Shown here one piece after another: positions 18,786 to 25,729 of a stretch of 49,803 nt of DNA. The notes beneath the pieces were generated by a model. The model saw only the letters and a list, made by a program, of their open reading frames with translations, was not told the DNA's origin and did not search any database. Source of the DNA: an uncultured Muribaculaceae bacterium (GTDB taxonomy: Bacteria > Bacillota_I > Bacilli_A > RF39 > UBA660); the NCBI GenBank assembly GCA_964372145.1, contig CAYJPM010000001.1, positions 4,104-53,906 on the forward strand, given 5' to 3'. Within the stretch, counting starts at the first letter, position 1, and the number at the start of each line of letters is the position of its first letter. A program made the position numbers and the translations under genes.

Positions 18786-20357
18786 CTAATATAAATAAGG
18801 ACCTGTAATTACAGCAACACCATTACCTGAATGACCTACTCCCAACGCATAATATTCATTGTTATATGTCGGCATTTGCACTTGTTCACCTTTTTCTGTT
18901 GTCCAATTATATCCAACACCATCAATCATAAGAGTATCAGTAAAATACTTACCTGAATAATGTATACTGTTTTGTACATCAGAATTACCCGCTACAACAC
19001 CCACATTTAAATTTAACCCATTAGACATTTCATAATATGTTCCATCAGTTAAATAATTATGTAAATATGCACTTTTACTTTTATTATTATTATATACTTT
19101 AACATATGTTTCATAATAACTTCTATTATCACCATAATAACGCCAAACTGTTATATTTTTTAAATTATATTCTGCACCTAAATCAAGTGTTGTGATTTTT
19201 CCCAATTGTGCATAATTACTAATATTATTATCAACTACTGCAGGAAAAGAATTTGTGTATCCATTCGAAGTAACTGATTTATTTAATGCTACATTAGTTC
19301 CATTTGTATCAAATGCTTTAATTTCATTAATATGATTTGCAGCATTTACAGAATTGTTATTTGAACCTACTTCAATATATCTAATATCAAAATCTAAATC
19401 ATTAGGAGATAAATCATCAGCTGATGTAATAGCAATTGAACCTGCATGTCCTGATATAAAAGATGAGCCTCCACTTGAACCTGTAGCACAAGATCCGCCG
19501 CCGCCGCCATAATATCCACCGCCGCCTGCACAACCACCACTTGCAAAACCAAAACCAGAAACTGAATATCCACTTGAAAACCTTTGGCCTGGAAATGTTT
19601 GAGTACCACCAGTTGTTCCACCAGTAGCTGTAGCTATCAATCCACCACCAGCTCCTTTAGTCGTAGTATTATTACCTACACCAGAACCTGAACCTGCAGC
19701 TACCATTATTCTAGAAGCAAGTGAAGCAGCATTATTCCAAGTGCCAGAAACCAATCTAAAATCAGTTGCCCCGCCACCAGGATAACCACCACTATTACCA
19801 GTACCACCATTAAACGAAGTGCTTCCAGTAGTCACATTATTACCTTCACCTACATAAACATATATAACTTCGTCTTTTTCTAAATAAATTTTTCCACTAG
19901 TATATGCCCCTTTACTCTTAGAATTACCACCTTGAGCACCCCAAGCTTCTAACATATATACACCACTTGTTGGAACAACAAATTCTTGATAATTATCAGT
20001 AAAACTAAAAACATACTCATCTGGATCATGAATGTCAAAAAAAACATAACATTTATCAGAACCTGTTGTATCCAAATTAATTAATCTATCAATTTCATTC
20101 CATGTCATAGAAGATCCATTTATACAATAACTTTTTTCAATATTATAATCATAACCTAATCCAGGAAAAGTGGATATATCACTTTCGATATAATTATTAT
20201 CAGTTACTTCGATCATTATTGAAAAAATTGATGAATCATCAACATTTTTTTCTGCACCGTATTTCTTATTATATGAAAAAAATAATATTATTGTCGTAAT
20301 TAAAATAATTACAATTAATACTAATATAATTATCGTTTTTTTGTTTTTAATATTCAT
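18786..20357 (-). CDS. Glycine-rich-domain surface protein, paralog G2 (short form with ~140-aa discoidin/F5-8-type-C-like insertion)
   Basis: FSFTDNYQEFVVPTSGVYMLEAWGAQGG, VIYVYVGEG, GGGATDFRL, SRIMVAAGSGSG, GGGGYYGGGGG and GGSSFISGH. An insert then follows (IRYIEVGSNNNS...HINEIKAFD...LDLGAEYNLKNITVWRYY...), and the protein ends GVGHSGNGVAVITGPYLY. Confidence 0.8.
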   Translation of the reverse strand: MNIKNKKTIIILVLIVIILITTIILFFSYNKKYGAEKNVDDSSIFSIMIEVTDNNYIESDISTFPGLGYDYNIEKSYCINGSSMTWNEIDRLINLDTTGSDKCYVFFDIHDPDEYVFSFTDNYQEFVVPTSGVYMLEAWGAQGGNSKSKGAYTSGKIYLEKDEVIYVYVGEGNNVTTGSTSFNGGTGNSGGYPGGGATDFRLVSGTWNNAASLASRIMVAAGSGSGVGNNTTTKGAGGGLIATATGGTTGGTQTFPGQRFSSGYSVSGFGFASGGCAGGGGYYGGGGGSCATGSSGGSSFISGHAGSIAITSADDLSPNDLDFDIRYIEVGSNNNSVNAANHINEIKAFDTNGTNVALNKSVTSNGYTNSFPAVVDNNISNYAQLGKITTLDLGAEYNLKNITVWRYYGDNRSYYETYVKVYNNNKSKSAYLHNYLTDGTYYEMSNGLNLNVGVVAGNSDVQNSIHYSGKYFTDTLMIDGVGYNWTTEKGEQVQMPTYNNEYYALGVGHSGNGVAVITGPYLY

Positions 20358-20378
20358 ATTTCTAATTCCTATTCTTTT

Positions 20379-21956
20379 TTAAAATAATGCTGTTATCTTT
20401 AAATAACCATCACCAGTATGACCTACACCTAAATTATATAATGTACCATCCGGTTTAGGCATTTGGATTCTACTCCCTCTGACATTTGTCCAACTATATC
20501 CTGCTCCATCTATCATTACAGTATCTGTAAATGTGTACCCAGAGTAATGATATGAGCAATTAATATTAGAAGTGCCAGTTGTACAACCAGTTTTTGGTGT
20601 TCGATCACTTGAAGAAGTAATTGCCACACATCCAGTGTGACCAGAAATATATGAAGAACCACCTGCAGAAGGAAATGACCCTAAATTTAGTTTAGAACCT
20701 CCTGCACCACCATAATAACCCGCACCACCGCTTGAGGATCCAACAACATCTCCGCCTCCACCAGATCCACCTATTCCAAATCCACCTGGAGTACCACCAA
20801 TATAACTAGAAGGATAATTAGTTACCGTTCCACCACTAACTTGTGTACCCCCAGTTGAAGCATAAGCTGAATAATAAACGTTATAAGAAGTAACCGCAGT
20901 CAATCCACCAGCATACCCACCAACCTCATCATTAATATAATCATTTTGCCCACCTGCACTAGCAACAATAAATCTCGACTCTAAATTATTATCTAATCTA
21001 ATGTCAGTCGCACCTCCACCAGAACCAACATCCACAGTATATGAAACACCGCCATTATTAAATGTAGATGTTTTTCCTACACCTGATTCACCTACATAAA
21101 CATATAAAATATCTCCTCTAGAAAAATTAGTAACACCTGAAACATACCCACCATATGAATAACTTGTTCCACCGCTAGCTCCCCAAGCTTCTACTTTATA
21201 AGCACCAGTTACCTGTATAATAATTTTTTGATAATTACCTGTATATTGAAATTCATAATTGGTATTGCTTATATAATCAAAATATGCTCTACATTCAGTT
21301 TTACCAACAGCGTTTGTTACTAATTTATTTTCAACATAATTGAAACTTATATTTGAATCACCTTCACACGATGAGTTTTCTGCTATGAATTTATATCCAT
21401 TATTAATTAAACTTTCAATAGTATAATCAGATGCATCCTCATATTCACAAGTTCCACTTTTACAAGTTTCACCTTTTTCTTTTAACACTACTATTTTTAC
21501 ATCAGAATCCGTAGTTAAATCAATAGCATCATAATAAAATTCACATCTAGTTTTACCAGGTGAACTAACATCAAATGTATCATCAGAATTTCTCACAAAA
21601 GTGGCTCCATTAGTACAAAATGATTTCTCTGATATATAAACATAATCTTTTTCTGGTGCATTCCAAAATGCAGTATATGTACCTGTACCTACGCCATTCT
21701 CATCTCTATCTTCCACCATATATTTAATATTTAAATGAGGTGAAGAAAAAGATTCAACAGAACCAGCAAATAAATTACGATTTATAATATCACTGAAATA
21801 AGCATAAGAAATATAAATACCAATCGATAAAATCCCACATATAATAAACATAATTAAAACAAAATTTTTATTAGTTTTCATATATGACAAAAACTTAAGA
21901 TTAAAAACCTTAAGTTTATCTCTAAGTTGATGAAATAATTTTTTTAAATATTTCAT
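20379..21956 (-). CDS. Glycine-rich-domain surface protein, paralog G1 (long form, first gene of array)
   Basis: Shared N-module with AYFSD, then FQYTGNYQKIIIQVTGAYKVEAWGASGG, ILYVYVGESG, GGGATDIRL, SRFIVASAGG, GGAGYYGGAGG, GGSSYISGH and GVGHTGDGYLKITALF. The ATG at 21956 follows an AGGTGG SD; the ORF-track GTG at 21968 lies in the SD. Confidence 0.85.
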   Translation of the reverse strand: MKYLKKLFHQLRDKLKVFNLKFLSYMKTNKNFVLIMFIICGILSIGIYISYAYFSDIINRNLFAGSVESFSSPHLNIKYMVEDRDENGVGTGTYTAFWNAPEKDYVYISEKSFCTNGATFVRNSDDTFDVSSPGKTRCEFYYDAIDLTTDSDVKIVVLKEKGETCKSGTCEYEDASDYTIESLINNGYKFIAENSSCEGDSNISFNYVENKLVTNAVGKTECRAYFDYISNTNYEFQYTGNYQKIIIQVTGAYKVEAWGASGGTSYSYGGYVSGVTNFSRGDILYVYVGESGVGKTSTFNNGGVSYTVDVGSGGGATDIRLDNNLESRFIVASAGGQNDYINDEVGGYAGGLTAVTSYNVYYSAYASTGGTQVSGGTVTNYPSSYIGGTPGGFGIGGSGGGGDVVGSSSGGAGYYGGAGGSKLNLGSFPSAGGSSYISGHTGCVAITSSSDRTPKTGCTTGTSNINCSYHYSGYTFTDTVMIDGAGYSWTNVRGSRIQMPKPDGTLYNLGVGHTGDGYLKITALF

Positions 21957-22033
21957 ACTATATTCCACCTATTATAATTTTATATATAATTTAAATAATT
22001 GTCAATAATTTAAGCAACAGTTACATATATATT
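21276..22033 (-). repeat. Copy 1 of ~760-nt direct repeat (5' module of G1 + promoter; upstream end is the genuine 3' end of pmbA)
   Basis: Same reasoning as copy 3. Here the segment ...AATAATTTAAGCAACAGTTACATATATAT contains the real pmbA stop codon (22010-22012). Confidence 0.8.
21977..22005 (-). promoter_or_regulatory. Sigma-A-type promoter of G1 (TTGACA-17 nt-TAAAAT), 4 nt downstream of pmbA stop
   Basis: -35 at 22000-22005 and -10 at 21977-21982. Confidence 0.55.
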
Positions 22034-23254
22034 TTGTAATAACAACGAAGGATTTATCATTTTACTATTATAGCAGTGTAATTCATTTTCAATTGCAATT
22101 ACATTATTTAACATTTTAAATAAATTAGTAGATAATATAATTAATTCAACACTTCTTTTCTTACCATTTTGAATTATATAACCTCTTGCTTGAAGAGATA
22201 TATCACCAGATTTAACACTTATACCACTATGCATTCCTTCTACATTAGTAATAACAATACCATCATTTAACATATTTTCTAATTCATCAAAAGATTTATT
22301 TCCAGGTTCTATATATAAATTTCTTACACCAAAACTATTACCAGTAGATTTTACATTATCTAATTTAGCAGTTGCATTATCATATAATTTACTAATGAAT
22401 TTTCCTTTTTCTACTATAACTTTTCTAAAAGTTTTAGTTCCTTCACTATCAAATAATCTACTTCCATATAATTTATCATCTGAAGGATCTTCTATAAATG
22501 TAATTTTATCACTAAAAACAACTTCATTAAACTTACTACTTAAAGGAGATAATAAGTCTTTAATATTTCTAGCATCAAACATACCACTAAACTGATTTAG
22601 TATTTTACTTACTACTTCAGCAGTTAATAAAACATTATATTCACCAGATTTTATAGTTACACTATTATATCTTAAATAAATTGATTCAATACATTCAACT
22701 ACTTTTTCATAAACACTATCTAAATCTAAATATATATCTACAATATTTAAAAAATCATCATATACTTTATCATTATTTTTAACGACAATTTCAAAAGAAA
22801 AATTATAATTTGTTTTCTTATCAATAGATTTAACATTGTTATTTTCAATACTAATATCAGAATCAGTTCTATTATAATATCCATTAATAGTATATATATC
22901 TTTATATTTATTTTTTAAAGTATATAATGATTTTAAAAACTTGATAATTTCGTCATTATTATCTTCACTAAGTAATTTTCTATCAGAAGCAATCGATTCC
23001 ATAGCAAATGATCCATCATCATCATTATCAATAATTTCTGATTTAGAAATTAAAATATCTAACAATTTTTGTTCATCATCAATATTTTCAGTTACAAGTG
23101 TGACATACTTATCATTAAATTTACCTTTTAATTTATAATAAGTTATATTAGATATATCTAATTGTTTTAACTCATCATTAAATACATTAATAGAAGTTTC
23201 AATATTATGATTTTTATAAATTTCAACACCATTTTTGATTAATATATTATTCAT
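22010..23254 (-). CDS. pmbA: PmbA/TldE-family protein (non-catalytic partner of TldD)
   Basis: 414 aa with a TldD/PmbA-type C-terminal region (GNSFGVRNLYIEPG..., GMHSGISVKSGDISL) and no HExxxH. ATGA-type 8-nt overlap with tldD and GGGAGG SD. Confidence 0.8.
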   Translation of the reverse strand: MNNILIKNGVEIYKNHNIETSINVFNDELKQLDISNITYYKLKGKFNDKYVTLVTENIDDEQKLLDILISKSEIIDNDDDGSFAMESIASDRKLLSEDNNDEIIKFLKSLYTLKNKYKDIYTINGYYNRTDSDISIENNNVKSIDKKTNYNFSFEIVVKNNDKVYDDFLNIVDIYLDLDSVYEKVVECIESIYLRYNSVTIKSGEYNVLLTAEVVSKILNQFSGMFDARNIKDLLSPLSSKFNEVVFSDKITFIEDPSDDKLYGSRLFDSEGTKTFRKVIVEKGKFISKLYDNATAKLDNVKSTGNSFGVRNLYIEPGNKSFDELENMLNDGIVITNVEGMHSGISVKSGDISLQARGYIIQNGKKRSVELIILSTNLFKMLNNVIAIENELHCYNSKMINPSLLLQNIYVTVA

Positions 23255-24602
23255 TTGAACCTCCCACTAATATTTTAGAAACTTTAATTGTCGGTTGACC
23301 TAATGTAACTGGAACATTACCACTTTCAGCTCCACAATAACCAGTACTAAAATCTAAATCATCACTTACCATTTCTACATTTGAAAGTATATCTAAAGCA
23401 GATCCTATTAAAGATACATTTTTAATTGGTTTATCTATTTTTCCATCTTTAATTATATAACCAAAAGTTACATTAAAATTAAATTCACCTGTATTAGGAG
23501 AAACACTACCTCCACCTAATTTTTTAGCATATATACCATAATCAATAGACTTAATCATATCTTCTACTTTATCATTACCTATTTCTAAATATGTATTATT
23601 CATTCTAGATATAGCTTTATTTTTGTAACTTTCTCTTCTGGCTGAACCAGTAGAACTTGAATTTAAAGTTACAGCATCTATATTATCTGTTAAATATTCT
23701 TTTAAGATTCCATTTTTAATTAAAACATTATTCTTAGTTTTAGTACCTTGATCATCAAATATTGATGTTCCAAATAAATTACCTTTAGTACCATCATCTA
23801 TAATAGTAACTTTATCACTCGCTATTTTCTTATTCAACATATCAGTTAAAACAGAAGTTTTATTGGCTATAGAATATGATTCCATCGCATGTCCACATGC
23901 TTCATGAAATATAACTGCTCCATCATTACTAATAACAACGGGTACTTTCCCACCTTCGAAAGATACACAATCAAATTTTTCAATAGTTTCTTTGCACGTT
24001 TGTTCCAATTTTTTCATTAAAACTTTAGTATCTAAAAATGAATAATCATCTCCATATCCAATTATTAAACTAGAATTTACCACTTTATTATTCTCTTCTG
24101 CAAATACTGTTACAATTACTCTTGTTCGTAATCTTTTCTCTACATTAAATTTATTATTAGATAAAATTTTTACATTTTGCTCATTTTCATTAAATCTAAT
24201 AATAACTTGATTTATTCTTTTATCAAAATTTCTAGAATATTCATTTATCTCATTCATAATCATCTTTTTTTCTTCATCAGATAATCCATTTTGAGATTTA
24301 TTACTTTCTATTACATTATCAACAAGTACATCATCTTCATATTCTCTAACATTAAAATTTTCACATAATTTACCAATAATATTATCTACATCAGCAAAAT
24401 TATTTGTACTACCATAATAACTTTTTTCTTTATCATTTAAAGTTATACCAACACCATTTATTATTTCAATCATTATATCTTCTAATTTATTATTTAAGTA
24501 ATAATAATTTTTATTAGTAGTTTCTTCATAAAATAATTCACAGTATGATGCATCATACTTTTTTAATTTATTATAATATATTTTTAATTCACTATTTTTC
24601 AT
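23247..24602 (-). CDS. tldD: TldD-family metalloprotease
   Basis: HEACGHAMES (HExxxH) motif, GSARRESY and the TldD-like C-terminus GYCGAESGNVPV. The ATG at 24602 has an AAGGA SD; the ORF-track start is at 24617. Confidence 0.85.
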   Translation of the reverse strand: MKNSELKIYYNKLKKYDASYCELFYEETTNKNYYYLNNKLEDIMIEIINGVGITLNDKEKSYYGSTNNFADVDNIIGKLCENFNVREYEDDVLVDNVIESNKSQNGLSDEEKKMIMNEINEYSRNFDKRINQVIIRFNENEQNVKILSNNKFNVEKRLRTRVIVTVFAEENNKVVNSSLIIGYGDDYSFLDTKVLMKKLEQTCKETIEKFDCVSFEGGKVPVVISNDGAVIFHEACGHAMESYSIANKTSVLTDMLNKKIASDKVTIIDDGTKGNLFGTSIFDDQGTKTKNNVLIKNGILKEYLTDNIDAVTLNSSSTGSARRESYKNKAISRMNNTYLEIGNDKVEDMIKSIDYGIYAKKLGGGSVSPNTGEFNFNVTFGYIIKDGKIDKPIKNVSLIGSALDILSNVEMVSDDLDFSTGYCGAESGNVPVTLGQPTIKVSKILVGGSNE

Positions 24603-24655
24603 ATATATTCCTTTCATTATAAATAGTATATTATATTTAAAATAAAAAGAAAAGA

Positions 24656-25213
24656 TTAATAATTCTTTTCTTTATAATATTCGTATAACTCATGAAATCT
24701 ATTAAAATGTACAACTTCCCTTTGTCTTAAAAATAAAAGTGGATTAATTATACTTTCATCATCAGTAAGCTCAATTAAGTTTTCATATGTAACTCTAGCT
24801 TTTTGTTCTGCTGCCATATCTTCGACTAAATCAGCAATCGGATCACCAGTCACAGCAAAATAAGCCGCTGTAAAAGGTACTCCTGATGAATCTATAGGAA
24901 AGACACCTTTTCTATGTTCAGTATAATATCCATCTAATCCAGCATCTTTTAATTCTTCTTTTGTAGCATCCTTTAATAATTGATATATCATAGTACTAAT
25001 CATTTCAACATGACCAAGTTCTTCAGTAGCAATATCATTTAAAAGTGCTTTTCCTATATCATCTGGCATAGTATATTTTTGTGAAAAATATCTAATTGAT
25101 GCGCCAAGTTCACCATTAGCTCCACCTAACTGAGTAATTAAATATTTAGCCATCCTTAAATCCTTTTTCTTAATATCAACTGGAAAAGGCAATAATTTAG
25201 TATATTTATACAT
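24656..25213 (-). CDS. cotJC: Spore coat protein CotJC (manganese-catalase/ferritin-like)
   Basis: MYKYTKLLPFPVDIKKKDLRMAKYLITQLGGANGELGASIRYFSQKYTMP and EELGHVEM motifs. GGAGG SD 9 nt before the ATG at 25213. Confidence 0.85.
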   Translation of the reverse strand: MYKYTKLLPFPVDIKKKDLRMAKYLITQLGGANGELGASIRYFSQKYTMPDDIGKALLNDIATEELGHVEMISTMIYQLLKDATKEELKDAGLDGYYTEHRKGVFPIDSSGVPFTAAYFAVTGDPIADLVEDMAAEQKARVTYENLIELTDDESIINPLLFLRQREVVHFNRFHELYEYYKEKNY

Positions 25214-25634
25214 ATATTGAATCCTCCTTTTCCCAAGGCCAATTTTTAACCCATAAATTTTTATCAAAAATATTATCAGTTATCTTTATTGGACCATATT
25301 CTTTTACATAATCATTTTCTAAAATACATAATTTCTCAATAGCAATTTTTAAACATTCAAAAACTTTTTTATCATTAGGATGTATATCAAGCCATAAATT
25401 TAAATCATTAATTACAAATTCTAATTCCATTATTTTATAAAGTTTTGCAGTTTTTTCACACGTAGTTTTTGGCATACATGGTCTATAATTTTTATAAGGT
25501 TTATATTCATTTTCAAACATATTCCCTTTAATAAAACCTTCAGTTGGTTCATAAAGTTTTACCTTTATTTTTTTCTCTTCTTCATTATCAATATTAATTA
25601 CTGATAAAAAAGTTAAATCATTATCAAATAACAT
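25206..25634 (-). CDS. cotJB: CotJB-domain protein with CotJA-like N-terminal extension (apparent CotJA-CotJB fusion)
   Basis: The C-terminal half (LYKIMELEFVINDLNLWLDIHPNDKKVFE...YVKEYGPI) is CotJB-like. The N-terminal half (EGFIKGNMFENEYKPYKNY) resembles the CotJA GT-x-F-P-x-L-x-x-P-Y motif. GGGAGG SD, and the ORF overlaps cotJC. Confidence 0.6.
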   Translation of the reverse strand: MLFDNDLTFLSVINIDNEEEKKIKVKLYEPTEGFIKGNMFENEYKPYKNYRPCMPKTTCEKTAKLYKIMELEFVINDLNLWLDIHPNDKKVFECLKIAIEKLCILENDYVKEYGPIKITDNIFDKNLWVKNWPWEKEDSIYV

Positions 25635-25696
25635 TATATTTTCCTCCCTAAAATATAATATTGTTTATAAACTATTGTAGTAAGTACATTAACCCA

Positions 25697-25726
25697 ATAA
25701 AAAAATATAACTAAAAGTTATATTTT
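25697..25726 (-). terminator. Rho-independent terminator after the 213-aa secreted-protein gene
   Basis: 11-bp stem AAAATATAACT / AGTTATATTTT (25702-25712 / 25716-25726) with loop AAA and a T-run on the minus strand. Confidence 0.6.
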
Positions 25727-25729
25727 AAA

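Noticed and set aside
18757-18787. Terminator after G2 (AGTAAT-9 nt-ATTACT hairpin followed by a T-run)
   Set aside because: The stem is only 6 bp, all A/T apart from one G-C pair, and overlaps the stop codon. That is too weak to call. The transcription-unit boundary is inferred from the downstream promoter instead.
14055-19621. Alternative-frame and antisense ORFs inside the glycine-rich genes (14055-14240 +, 14693-14920 -, 15580-15768 +, 18267-18476 +, 19394-19621 -)
   Set aside because: They overlap much longer ORFs that have clear motifs. Stop codons are depleted in all frames because of the GC-rich GGN/GCC repeats. None has an SD or conserved features.
12950-20800. Whether the periodic GC-rich repeats could be a CRISPR array, or collagen-like/PE-PGRS-like genes
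   Set aside because: There is no regular repeat-spacer structure. The repeats are in-frame Gly codons within long ORFs. The Gly runs are not Gly-X-Y triplets and carry the ALK/LTK-type motif series instead.
22010-24617. TldD/PmbA as part of a microcin B17-like RiPP cluster
   Set aside because: No small precursor ORF, no McbBCD-like cyclodehydratase or dehydrogenase, and no export or immunity genes were seen. The downstream genes are large exported proteins.
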